Virus record (IMG/VR): IMGVR_UViG_3300007511_000007
Span: 48,372-112,371 of that record
Reading direction: 5' to 3' (one strand)
Source of the DNA: a virus
Length of the DNA: 64,000 nucleotides
Numbering within the stretch: position 1 is the stretch's first letter; each line of letters begins with the position of its first letter. The notes under the pieces were generated by a model. It ran no database searches. It was given only the letters and a program-made list of their open reading frames with translations, and was not told the DNA's origin. The translations under genes and the position numbers were made by a program. Positions 37,348 to 46,998 of this stretch are shown piece by piece.

Positions 37348-39675
37348 CTACGAAGAAAAATGCGCCAGCAAACGATCTACAAAGAGAGAGTTGCGCTCAT
37401 CTTCTTTATTGTTGTTGATCGCAGCCTCGATTGCCTTCTTGGAACCGACGAGAATCACCTTCTTTCTCGCCCTTGTGATCGCCGTGTAAAGCAAGTTCCT
37501 TTGAAGCTGGTGTCTGAATGACGGAACAATCGGCATAACAATGACATCACACTCCTGCCCCTGGAACTTATGAATCGTGCAGGCATAAGCGAGCCTGATA
37601 TAAGCCACAGCCTCCTGAAAAGAGAAATTCACAACAATAGGAGGTAATCCGTCAATCTCAATTTCGATCTCTTTGGCTTTGAGGTCGATTCGATGAACAT
37701 GCCCGATATCTCCGTTGAAGACATCCAACTTGTAATTGTTCTTGACCACCATGACCCGATCCCCCTGTCGGATCATTCCTTTGCCCAATTTCACCTCGGT
37801 GATCCCAATCTGTGGGGGATTCAAGACCTTTCGCAATTCCCGGTTGAGGATCGTCACACCAACTGTCCCTGAATGTCGGGGAGAAAGTACCTGAAACTCC
37901 TTGTCCCCATTAGACAGACGCTCCGCAAAACGAACAACTGTTGTCAGCACCTCATCTTCAGTCCCAACCGAGACCAATGAAAAATCCGATTTCATCTCTG
38001 CCTGCGGGATCAATCCATTGTGAATGTCATGAGCAGCTTGGACAATATCCGAGGTGTCTTCTTGCCTGAAAATCTCCGTCAGTCTGGTAGTTGGGAAGTG
38101 CCCTGAGGAAATGATATCCCGCAACACATTCCCCGGACCCACAGAAGGAAGTTGTGCCGCATCCCCGACAAACAAGAGCTTGCTGGTATTCGAAGTGCAA
38201 GATAACAATCGGTACAGCAATGACTGATCGATCATTGACGATTCATCTGCAATGACAAATTGAGCGGGGTAAGGGTTGTCGGCGTCATACCCCCAATCTC
38301 CATCATCGGTTCCTACTAGAAGTTGCGCCTCCCCAACGATTCCCTCATATGTGGTCTCTCGGGTATCCGCAGTATCGCTATCGATCTTGGCGGCAAACGC
38401 TCGGTGAATCGTATAGGCTTTTGATCCTGTTGCCAGAGCTAACCGTTTGGCCGCTATTCCAGTAGGGGCTACCAGCAAATAAGGAGTACCGATAGTTTGT
38501 AGGATCTTCACCAGCACTTTCAAACTAGCCGTTTTACCTGTCCCGGGAAGTCCGGTAATGACACTCACCGGAGCAGTCAGAGCATTGAAAATCCCTTCTC
38601 GCTGCTTCTCAGATAACCCGATTTTACAGAGATCATCCCATTCCGAGATCGCAGCCAAAACCGTTTTGTCTAATTCCCCTGTCTTTGCCAGTGCTTCAGT
38701 TCGCTGACCCACATTAGCCAACCGGGTGAGAAAATCCTCCTTATCTCCTTCCGCTGATTTCTCTGCTCGGTCTTTGAGCATCTGTGCCGACTCGGATTCA
38801 ACTTGATAAAACCACGGTTCGTACACAGCCTTGGTACCGGGCACCGTCTTAGCGTCTATCTTGAGCCTTCCCTTTTTGTGCAAGCTAATCAGAGCAGTCG
38901 CTACCTCCTGTTCCGTAGCTTCTGGAATGTAACGACGCACATAACCAAGAATCAAACCCGTGGAAACATACAGGTGCCCCAATGACTTCTGTGAACGGCA
39001 CCCATGCAACACGGCACCCCGGATTCGGTTCGGATTATTCTCCTGCGGCAAGCCCAAGTTAGCGGCGACCGCATCGACTTGCGAAAAAGTGAACCCATCT
39101 ATGCTCACAAGTTGCCACGGGTCTCTAGCCAGAATCTGCTCGGCGTCATCACCGAACTCTGCCCAGACTTGTTTGATCTTACTGCGGGGCACATCCAGTT
39201 CATTGAGGAACTCCACCGTCTTGAAGTTGGCTCTGGCAAACTCCCACTTCGCCACAATGTGTTTGGCACTGAATGGGGTCAAACCCTCCATTTGCATCAG
39301 TAAGCTCTCATCATGGACGGCGTCAGGGAAGCCTTCCCCGAAGTGCTCTCGAACGCTTCTAATCAGCATCTCCCCGACACCATTCGCAATCAGGATCTTT
39401 TGGATCGTATCTGCATCCCAGTCTTTGATGACTGGAGCTTTCGTGATTTCAATCTGGCGACCATATCGAGGATGATCTTTCCAGTTCCCCTCAAACCCGA
39501 ACCAGGCACCGGTTTTCACCGGGAAGCCGGGGATGTGGCCTCGGACAGTTGTGGAATTCAGGGTTTGAAAAGAATCCTCGGAAGACGAATCCAACGCCAC
39601 CTTGATAACATAGAATGCCTGTGGGCCGTTCTCATAAACTACAGCTACGACTCTTCCTGAATAGTAGGTACTCAT
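37348..39675 (-). CDS. recD2: RecD2-like SF1B helicase
   Basis: N-terminal OB and HhH region (HPRYGRQ), GLPGTGKT, DESSM, GDAAQLPSVGPG, TIHKFQGQE, LLYTAITRA. Confidence 0.92.
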   Translation of the reverse strand: MSTYYSGRVVAVVYENGPQAFYVIKVALDSSSEDSFQTLNSTTVRGHIPGFPVKTGAWFGFEGNWKDHPRYGRQIEITKAPVIKDWDADTIQKILIANGVGEMLIRSVREHFGEGFPDAVHDESLLMQMEGLTPFSAKHIVAKWEFARANFKTVEFLNELDVPRSKIKQVWAEFGDDAEQILARDPWQLVSIDGFTFSQVDAVAANLGLPQENNPNRIRGAVLHGCRSQKSLGHLYVSTGLILGYVRRYIPEATEQEVATALISLHKKGRLKIDAKTVPGTKAVYEPWFYQVESESAQMLKDRAEKSAEGDKEDFLTRLANVGQRTEALAKTGELDKTVLAAISEWDDLCKIGLSEKQREGIFNALTAPVSVITGLPGTGKTASLKVLVKILQTIGTPYLLVAPTGIAAKRLALATGSKAYTIHRAFAAKIDSDTADTRETTYEGIVGEAQLLVGTDDGDWGYDADNPYPAQFVIADESSMIDQSLLYRLLSCTSNTSKLLFVGDAAQLPSVGPGNVLRDIISSGHFPTTRLTEIFRQEDTSDIVQAAHDIHNGLIPQAEMKSDFSLVSVGTEDEVLTTVVRFAERLSNGDKEFQVLSPRHSGTVGVTILNRELRKVLNPPQIGITEVKLGKGMIRQGDRVMVVKNNYKLDVFNGDIGHVHRIDLKAKEIEIEIDGLPPIVVNFSFQEAVAYIRLAYACTIHKFQGQECDVIVMPIVPSFRHQLQRNLLYTAITRARKKVILVGSKKAIEAAINNNKEDERNSLFVDRLLAHFSS

Positions 39676-40211
39676 CCTTTCGACATCTTTTCCAGCATCT
39701 CACGGGCTTCCGCGGCCGATAGACCCATCGCCGCCAATGTCTCGGGGCTGCATGTCATCAGTTCTTCCTTCATTTTTTCCGTGTCTATGACTGTGGCCGC
39801 TGCAATACGCCCAAAATGTCCGATCATCACTTCAAAAGGAATCTCCTCCACCTTGCCCATGAAAGTACGAAGTTGCCAGACCCCATCAACCTCCTCCAAA
39901 ACCCCTGACTCACTCATGTTAAAGAAGTAGAGGGGGTCAAGATGATGTTTCGCTGGGCACCATCCCTCAGATTGCCAAATACAATTTCCCCCACCCCACA
40001 AGAAAGGGTTCATGCTAATCGGGACATGGTGCATGGAAAAGACGATCTCTTGTCCTACCGCCGGGCGAAGCACATCCACGACACGACACTGTGGCTTGTT
40101 CTCAGGTTTTACGATGACCTTTTCGGCATCTACGGAATCGAACCGTTTCGTCTTGTCCAGATCTTGTAGAGTGAATTTACCTTCCAGAAGTATCGCATTG
40201 AACTCAGGCAT
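39672..40211 (-). CDS. Hypothetical protein
   Basis: Strong RBS AGGAGG; contains C..C..HH. Confidence 0.7.
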   Translation of the reverse strand: MPEFNAILLEGKFTLQDLDKTKRFDSVDAEKVIVKPENKPQCRVVDVLRPAVGQEIVFSMHHVPISMNPFLWGGGNCIWQSEGWCPAKHHLDPLYFFNMSESGVLEEVDGVWQLRTFMGKVEEIPFEVMIGHFGRIAAATVIDTEKMKEELMTCSPETLAAMGLSAAEAREMLEKMSKG

Positions 40212-40237
40212 TTCCTCGCCTCCTCCTTTCATTCTAC

Positions 40238-43200
40238 TCAGTTCTCTGGTTTTGGCGGGACTATTTCACAAGAATCGTTGGTGCAGAACTTCTCGGTCAC
40301 CTCATGCACAGAATCGGACAGGTCAAGAGGCTTCAAGGCCGCTACCATCTCGTTGTAGGTCTCCTCATCGATCTCAATGTATGGTGCCTGCTCATACCCA
40401 TGGTCTTCAAGAGGCAATAGAGAAACTCCTTTGAGTTTTGTCTCGTAAGTCTCCAGGCATCTCTGAATGTCCTCGACCTCATGCGCCTGGAAAGTAACCG
40501 TAGCACTGACCTGATTGTCGGCCCACTCCCGTTGCAAATCCGAGACATTGGCGAATTGTTCCCAAATAGAAACATCCCTCTTTGCTCTGTCAAAGTTCTG
40601 CTCTCGGACCGGGAAACTGATTACAACTGTATCCGGAGCGTAAGTGTCTTCCTCTACGGTGTATTGCGCATCTCTGCAAGCCTGCACCAGTGGCGATGTG
40701 TCCTGCACCCTCACATTACGGATGTAGAATTCTGAGTGCGGGTAGTGTTGCCCCGGTGTTGCCCCAACCAACAATGAGATCGTTCCGGAAGGTTTCACTG
40801 TCGCCATTTTGATCGAACGAGGAATACAAAGCCATTCTGAATACACCTTATCCAAGGTAGCCATGTACCGGTATCCATCGTCGCACCAGCGAAGGTACTG
40901 ATAACGCCCCAACTTCTTCAGTGCCTGAGTAATCCCCGATTGAGAACACCCGATCCTACGATTCCTCATGGCGACCGCATTGGTACGGGGGTCATGGGTC
41001 GGGATCAGAGTTACCGTTTTTGCATAGAGATAGGCGAACTTCAGGGTTCTCTGGTAATCCTCGAAGGTGTCATGGTGAGCCGGGAAGGTCTCAACCAAAT
41101 TACACGCCTCCCTATCTTCGAGGGGGATCTCGCCACATTGGAATGTGGCAATCCCTGAAAAAGACCGTTCCGTTATGGAAGTGGCAACACACACAGTGTG
41201 GTTGTTGTCCACAGTGATGTTGTAAACGTCCTCCAGAGTTTCAACTTCTCTGACATATTTAACCCGATGATTGTACCCCTGCGCCAAACTCTCGAATTCC
41301 CGATACCCTGCCATGACATGCGGGTTTGGGGAATCCTTCTGAAACCTGACAGACACACTTCTATCCCGACAAAGACTCTCCCACTCCTTCTTAGCGGGGT
41401 TCCTGCCAAGCTGCTCTTGCAAATCTTTGTAAGCCATCATTTGCCTGTGGAGAGTCTGCCGCTGTCTATTATCAAACGCTCCCCGAACCCCCAGTTTTCT
41501 CTTCTCTGACTGAGCCAGCCTCTGCTGACTGCACGAGGTAGAACAGAAGCCCCTTTCACGCTTACCCCACGGCACTATAAAGTCCTCTGCACACATCTCA
41601 CATACCCGCACCGCATACAGACGCCCTTCTACCCACACCGTGTCTAGATCAGTAATTCTCCCTTGCCCCTCATAATAGCTTCTAAGCTCTCCCTTTCTTT
41701 GAGAAGCCATTCGTTCCGAAGATGCCTCTCTAATCTCTGGAGACTGCCCTTCAGACAATCTCTTTCGATACTCACTAGATCGACATCGCTCTTTCGCTTT
41801 CAAGCTTATCTTCTTTCGAGTCTCTGCTGATTGTGTGCGACCCCACATCGGGTTATCTTCACCTGATTGCCCAGCTAAACGGGCATGGTACGCCTGGTGT
41901 TCTTTAAAGCTCATGATCTGGAGATTGTCAGGGGAATTGTTAAACCTATTGAAATCCTTGTGATGGACAACTAAGCCGCCCGCCAGCCACCCGGACCTTT
42001 TAGCTTCATCATACATCTCAACCCACTCCACAGGAGAGTGGAACTTGGCAATCATCCTATGCTCAAAGATTTTCTTCTTAGTAACTCCTCTAGTGTCCAC
42101 ATGCACCCTGTAATATTCCGACCCTGGATCACCTGCTCGAATCCGTTCCTTCGCCTTAAAGAATCTCGGAAGGCTGTCTCCAACTTTTAGGTCTTGGGCT
42201 GACACGCTCGCCCCATTCAGCAACAGCATCTCATGCTCAGGAGTTACTCGTAAGGAGCCTCCCCCCACTAGACCGATCTCCACAAGTTTTGCGTTCTCCT
42301 GTGTCTTCCGAGGGTGCCTCCCCCATTGTATCTCCACCAAGCCCGTCTGCGGGTTTACCGAATAAACAGGAACATCCCGGCCTTCCTTGGCTAACTCCCG
42401 CAAAGACACCGCCCCTCTTCCGTCTGCCACAGCAATCAGAGTGTCCCCTGTAAAACAAGGATTGCTCCCCATCACTCTTCGGTCTCGGAAATTTGGTTTG
42501 TTCCGAATACGAGCAAACTTCTGCATGTTATCTAACCAGATGATTCCGGGTTCCCCGTTTTGGGCAATCCGCCGGGACACATCCGCATAATTCATTCCAA
42601 CCTGCCCAAAGATCGAGTTGTTACTGGCCCACCTCCGGTCAGTTAATGCCTCCTGATCCAATTTGAGATCCAAGAACTCGGCATCTTCAGGATCACCAAA
42701 CATGATCTCGGACGTTCGCCTGACACCCCCGGCCACCACTGCCTTCCCAATATAGTTGAAGATATCCACGATCTGGCTCGAACTAATGCGGTGGCTTTCT
42801 CCATCTGGAGGTGTGAGCAGCTTCGTCAAAGAGGATACCAGATCTTCAAGAGGCTTTGAGCCACTCGAAATTCCCCCGAAAGTCTTTAATGGACTCCCCT
42901 TTGGCCGCAATTGGGAGTAATCGATCTCCTTCGGATAGAAGCCTCGACCAATGAATGAATTGAGAAGCGTCTTGATCAAATCAACCCAACCCTCTCTGGT
43001 ATCTTCCACCACAAAAGGCTTTGTCGTAAAGCGAGGAGGCTGTATCCTTATTTTCCCAGCACCACGAGTATCCCCACCAACCCCAACCCCCAACATGGAC
43101 ATATCCATGAGCCAGCAGAATGGCCCCGCAAAATCCACTTCGATGTTCTCGGTCGAACAGAAAGCGCAGTTGAACAAGATTGCCGCTCCCTTCTTTTTCA

Positions 43201-43564
43201 GAGCTTCGGTACCCATCGCCCAAAGACCACGACCGGGGGGCAGAAACTTGAACTCCCACATACGGGTGAACATTTCTTGTGCCGACCCTTGTGCTTTCGG
43301 CTCATTCCAGGGGAGCTTCAAGTTCCAGCAATGCTCCTTTTGAATGTTGTAGACCCCCTCCACAACCCGTTGGCACGTCTGCCAGAATTCCTCAGTACCC
43401 CCATCCTCCAAATCCCTGGAATATGTCCTCTTGTACACAAAATAACCCAACCCGTTGTACCCCCATTCGGGTTGCTTCCCAGCAAATTCATCTATGAAAC
43501 TTTGGTTGAGAGAAAATACTCTCGCTTTCCGGCTGGCTGTTTGATCCAGATAAGTCGTGGTCAT
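40238..43564 (-). CDS. nrdJ: Class II (adenosylcobalamin-dependent) ribonucleotide reductase with intein
   Basis: YKRTYSR, PPGRGLW, FNC, GVGVG, GGVRR, NGEPG, spliced NP/CGE, CNL, TVKPSGT, C-terminal CTNDSC. Confidence 0.92.
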   Translation of the reverse strand: MTTTYLDQTASRKARVFSLNQSFIDEFAGKQPEWGYNGLGYFVYKRTYSRDLEDGGTEEFWQTCQRVVEGVYNIQKEHCWNLKLPWNEPKAQGSAQEMFTRMWEFKFLPPGRGLWAMGTEALKKKGAAILFNCAFCSTENIEVDFAGPFCWLMDMSMLGVGVGGDTRGAGKIRIQPPRFTTKPFVVEDTREGWVDLIKTLLNSFIGRGFYPKEIDYSQLRPKGSPLKTFGGISSGSKPLEDLVSSLTKLLTPPDGESHRISSSQIVDIFNYIGKAVVAGGVRRTSEIMFGDPEDAEFLDLKLDQEALTDRRWASNNSIFGQVGMNYADVSRRIAQNGEPGIIWLDNMQKFARIRNKPNFRDRRVMGSNPCFTGDTLIAVADGRGAVSLRELAKEGRDVPVYSVNPQTGLVEIQWGRHPRKTQENAKLVEIGLVGGGSLRVTPEHEMLLLNGASVSAQDLKVGDSLPRFFKAKERIRAGDPGSEYYRVHVDTRGVTKKKIFEHRMIAKFHSPVEWVEMYDEAKRSGWLAGGLVVHHKDFNRFNNSPDNLQIMSFKEHQAYHARLAGQSGEDNPMWGRTQSAETRKKISLKAKERCRSSEYRKRLSEGQSPEIREASSERMASQRKGELRSYYEGQGRITDLDTVWVEGRLYAVRVCEMCAEDFIVPWGKRERGFCSTSCSQQRLAQSEKRKLGVRGAFDNRQRQTLHRQMMAYKDLQEQLGRNPAKKEWESLCRDRSVSVRFQKDSPNPHVMAGYREFESLAQGYNHRVKYVREVETLEDVYNITVDNNHTVCVATSITERSFSGIATFQCGEIPLEDREACNLVETFPAHHDTFEDYQRTLKFAYLYAKTVTLIPTHDPRTNAVAMRNRRIGCSQSGITQALKKLGRYQYLRWCDDGYRYMATLDKVYSEWLCIPRSIKMATVKPSGTISLLVGATPGQHYPHSEFYIRNVRVQDTSPLVQACRDAQYTVEEDTYAPDTVVISFPVREQNFDRAKRDVSIWEQFANVSDLQREWADNQVSATVTFQAHEVEDIQRCLETYETKLKGVSLLPLEDHGYEQAPYIEIDEETYNEMVAALKPLDLSDSVHEVTEKFCTNDSCEIVPPKPEN
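41138..42457 (-). mobile_element. Intein (440 aa) with HNH/NUMOD3 endonuclease and a C-terminal Gln, in nrdJ
   Basis: Begins CFTGDT; TPEH block B; VVHHKDFNRFNNSPDNL; VYNITVDNNHT; ends ATFQ followed by Cys+1. Confidence 0.9.
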
Positions 43565-43711
43565 TGATATCCTGCTTCCCAATAAAGAACCTTCACGAAT
43601 TCGGATGCCGTTTACATTTGGTAACAACCCCCTCTAAGACAGTTCCACCGAACCGCCCCACCCGACTGCCTCTTTCTCTAGCCAGCCCCCAGGCGCACAA
43701 GGAGGTGTAGT

Positions 43712-44674
43712 TCACACACAACTCAATATACCACTCACAAAGACATTCCAGGGATCAATTGCCCCACTTAATACCGCTCGCTCGGTTGCCGCAAACTTCT
43801 GCAACAATTTGAACATCCGACGCTTTCCCCAATGCTTGGCAAACGGCAACACCGTCTTCTGATACCGGAACGGGTGTGCCTTCACTATGGCCGCAGCCTC
43901 TTTAGGGGAAACACCTCGCCCCGCCAACTCTGCAGCCTGCGCACATTGCAGAATCGTAGATCGAATCTGACCAAGAATCGGCATCACCTGTTTTGCACGA
44001 GTTTCAGCCAATCGCCCCAGCAATGCCGCCACCGTCTTTGAGTTCCGAGCCGCTAACGCATCAATCAGAGGCCAAAAAGACGCCTCCGAAATAACCGCCA
44101 TTGACCCCTTCAAAATCCCAGCAGTCAATTCCTTTGTCCCCTGAGCCTCAGCAAGCTCCACAGCTTTCTGAACCTCAAACGAGACAACTCCGAGATCCGA
44201 ACCAACACGATTTATCCAGGCAGCAGCCAAATCAGGAGAAATTGAAAACCCCTTTGCCTTTACTTCTGAAACACAGAAATTCGTCGCCACCTCATCGACC
44301 TCGAAGGGAGATGGAGCCGGATACTTTGCATGAGTTTTGGGAAACGCTTTGGCCAACTGACCAAAAGAAGATTTCGCCTTGGGTGTCCCTTCATAACAGA
44401 AAATGAATCCCAACTGGGGATCAGGGTTCTTGCCGAACTCCTTGATCATATCGACATCGAAATCTGCCGTGGAATTCAACAAGGCTACCCGTGACCCCTC
44501 GAACATCGCCGCAAAGCCACACAAGTAATTGTGCAACTCATCGGAATTGGCCAACTCCTCGATATCCCAACCAGCATCCTCATAACGGAAAATGATCTCT
44601 CGTAACCTGCGCCAACGCAAAAAGTGATGCCCCCCAGAGATCAACACCACCGGAGGAATCTTCAAGGTAGTCAT
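43712..44674 (-). CDS. DNA polymerase III delta (HolA)-like clamp-loader subunit
   Basis: VVLISG, RVGSDLG..FEVQK, FWPLIDAL, HPFRYQK; size fits. Confidence 0.72.
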   Translation of the reverse strand: MTTLKIPPVVLISGGHHFLRWRRLREIIFRYEDAGWDIEELANSDELHNYLCGFAAMFEGSRVALLNSTADFDVDMIKEFGKNPDPQLGFIFCYEGTPKAKSSFGQLAKAFPKTHAKYPAPSPFEVDEVATNFCVSEVKAKGFSISPDLAAAWINRVGSDLGVVSFEVQKAVELAEAQGTKELTAGILKGSMAVISEASFWPLIDALAARNSKTVAALLGRLAETRAKQVMPILGQIRSTILQCAQAAELAGRGVSPKEAAAIVKAHPFRYQKTVLPFAKHWGKRRMFKLLQKFAATERAVLSGAIDPWNVFVSGILSCV

Positions 44675-45264
44675 TCTGACACCATCGCTGCAATCACTCC
44701 CATCATCGTCGGATTCCAGTATTTGATCCCTTTGCGGAGCCGTAACCAGAACTCCCCGTAGAGATCCCAATTCCGAGCTACCCCGAAACTCACCGCCTCA
44801 AGAAGGTCGTCTATTTTGTCCTTCTGGTCAACTACAACTTGTATCGCATCTGCAATCCGACCCGCATCCAAATGCTTGAGGAGACTCTCTGCCTCCTCAT
44901 GAAGCTCAGGCACCACGAATTCACTCACTGGTGCCCAATAGGTGAGACAACGAGAACGAATCGTTTTACGCACCATCCCCGCATCTTTAGTCCAAAGAAC
45001 CAATCCCACCTCTTTCGAGTCCTCAACCGATTTCAACAAGACATCCTGAGTCTTCGGCATCGCCGTATCCATCGGGCCAATAAGAATGATCGGTAGCTTT
45101 TCGTCTGGGTAAACTGGAGGCTGATGAACCAGCACTACAACTTGTCTTGCATCATCTATCTTTAAACCATCGTCACCAAAACGACCGGCTAGTCGCCCCC
45201 AACTGTGAGCTTCCTCTTCGGCTCTCGTCTTGGCTCCCGGGCCATGAATCAAAATGCTGGACAA
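44671..45264 (-). CDS. Shortened DNA polymerase III delta-prime (HolB)-like subunit
   Basis: ILIHGPG, IDDAR, QDVLLKSVE, TIRSRC. Confidence 0.7.
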   Translation of the reverse strand: MSSILIHGPGAKTRAEEEAHSWGRLAGRFGDDGLKIDDARQVVVLVHQPPVYPDEKLPIILIGPMDTAMPKTQDVLLKSVEDSKEVGLVLWTKDAGMVRKTIRSRCLTYWAPVSEFVVPELHEEAESLLKHLDAGRIADAIQVVVDQKDKIDDLLEAVSFGVARNWDLYGEFWLRLRKGIKYWNPTMMGVIAAMVSE

Positions 45265-45314
45265 AGTAGTCCACCTCCTAAAGAGTATCTACTCCAAATG
45301 TCCGCAAAAAGAGA

Positions 45315-45491
45315 TCAGTATGTGATATGGAAAGGTCGGTTGCAAGTCAGACACCGATATCGAATCGATGTCCCGGTTGTCATCCCACCGGCGGGACGCT
45401 TGAAAACAATCACCGCCTGTTTCCCTTCACAACCCGGAGTGGCACGGCAAGAAATCCATTGTTTGTCAGTCTGTTTCACATTCTCATTCAT
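45315..45491 (-). CDS. 58-aa zinc-ribbon protein (not in the ORF track)
   Basis: MNENVKQTDKQWISCRATPGCEGKQAVIVFKRPAGGMTTGTSIRYRCLTCNRPFHITY; ATGA overlap with the upstream stop; fills an apparent gap. Confidence 0.75.
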   Translation of the reverse strand: MNENVKQTDKQWISCRATPGCEGKQAVIVFKRPAGGMTTGTSIRYRCLTCNRPFHITY

Positions 45492-46075
45492 GGTATCAAC
45501 CCCTGTTCACGATAACTCAGGATTAACTTACCATGAATGAACTGGAAGAATTCCAAATACTGGTGCCGCCGCAACATGGCTGCAACTATCGGCTCCGAAG
45601 ACTGATTGGCATCATCCTGCAAAACTGGCACCACCGCATTCTGCCAGATGTCCCATGGAACCAACATGGGAAACTGACTTCGATCCTGTGCCCGCAAAAG
45701 TCCTTTGGTACTCAAACTCACCTGAACGTATTTGGAAGGAGCGGCTCGATTCGTAGTAGGGAAATTCAAGACTGCACTCCCAGCTAACAAATAACCAACC
45801 CCAATCGCCAACTTCGCATTACCGGAAGGAGTGTCAGCAAACTCACCGGGATGCAATGTCGCATCTCGAATAATCCCGGTCCCACTTCTGGTAACATGAT
45901 CTCTTTCCAGATCCCCATCCCGATCATATGTCCCACTACCAGTTAAATCAGTAGGAGGCAAAGCAGCACCTCTGGCCATTCCCCGGCAAGCAGCATAACC
46001 CCCACGTAACCCAAGACGTTTCCCAGTTCTCGGATCAGTTGGAACCAAAGTGAATGTCTTCTTGTAAATAGGCAT
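45488..46075 (-). CDS. Hypothetical protein, first gene of the replication block
   Basis: GGAGG upstream of ATG 46075. Confidence 0.68.
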   Translation of the reverse strand: MPIYKKTFTLVPTDPRTGKRLGLRGGYAACRGMARGAALPPTDLTGSGTYDRDGDLERDHVTRSGTGIIRDATLHPGEFADTPSGNAKLAIGVGYLLAGSAVLNFPTTNRAAPSKYVQVSLSTKGLLRAQDRSQFPMLVPWDIWQNAVVPVLQDDANQSSEPIVAAMLRRHQYLEFFQFIHGKLILSYREQGLIP

Positions 46076-46161
46076 CCCGAAATTACCTCCCTCCAAAAAT
46101 GCACCACCTATGACCAAATTACCGAACCACCCAAAAAACATGCTCGCAAAAAAATGCCCTC

Positions 46162-46280
46162 CACTTTTTCAAAAATGCAAAAAGACACAACTCACTTTTG
46201 CAAAATACTCCTTTCAGGAAACAAAATCACAATTCACTTTTTGGGTTCTCGTCAGGAAATCACTTTTGAAAACTACTTTT
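46162..46280. repeat. Cluster of CACTTTT short direct repeats in an AT-rich tract (candidate origin)
   Basis: CACTTTT at 46162, 46193, 46235, 46261 and TACTTTT at 46274; CACAAYTCACTTTT at 46186 and 46228. Confidence 0.55.
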
Positions 46281-46537
46281 GATGAGGTTTCTTTTTTGGT
46301 GGGAATAGAGGATGTTTGGGGTCTTTTATAGGTTTACTATACATTTCACCTATTGGCAGCCCTCTTAGTTCAAAAAGCACAAGACCGAAAAACGGTTACG
46401 ACTCAGACTAAAAACAGAAGCGGTACAACTATCATTCTAGCGATCTTCCCAAGGTAAGATCTCTTTTAACTTAATGTCTTCTTCAACATCAGTTTCCCTT
46501 TTCGAGATCTGGACCCTCGGTTCATTTGGGTTACCTG

Positions 46538-46956
46538 ATGAATCTCTTCCAAACGGATTCTTTCCCTGATTCCAAATTCAGGGAAGAGATTCATGAGACT
46601 CCCATACAAGCCTTACCAGAGGTTCGCCTAACTTCTAGGGGAACATGGGTTAGGCAACATCGCCCACCGTGGCTCTTTTTTCCCAATAGTATCTACCCAT
46701 TCAGAAATTCAGGGTTCAATGGATTCCTCTATTGGAAACTCGGGTAGTAATTGTCAAAGAATTCGACGGGTCCAAGGTAGCGCAACGTGTATCTCTACCA
46801 GTTTTTCAACCGCACCTTCACTCGTTAAGGAATCCTGAAAAGGGATACGGACTCCTCACTCAGGCCCCATTGTGTTTCCTTTGACACACCGCAGGGCGTT
46901 TAAGGTGGCTCTTGATTTTCAACCGAGGAAGATCAAGTGGACCCGACCTACCTACA
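46538..46956 (-). ncRNA. Candidate structured non-coding RNA
   Basis: No credible ORF; many nested inverted repeats; lies just downstream of a sigma70-like promoter. Confidence 0.4.
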
Positions 46957-46962
46957 TGGGAC

Positions 46963-46992
46963 ACTATAGGGGAACGGAGGAAACGGTGTCAA
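46963..46992 (-). promoter_or_regulatory. Sigma70-type promoter
   Basis: TTGACA-N18-TATAGT pointing into the non-coding region. Confidence 0.62.
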
Positions 46993-46998
46993 GAGGTT

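Noticed and set aside
43565-43711. Cobalamin riboswitch upstream of the B12-dependent nrdJ
   Set aside because: I could not find the conserved B12-box or core elements by eye; an Infernal search would settle it.
46751-46886. Extra TTGACA hexamers (minus 46751-46756, plus 46881-46886) as promoters
   Set aside because: No acceptable -10 element at 16-18 bp spacing.
46141-46998. tRNA genes or a protein-coding gene in the intergenic region
   Set aside because: No cloverleaf or T-loop consensus was found, and the short ORFs lack RBS and motifs.
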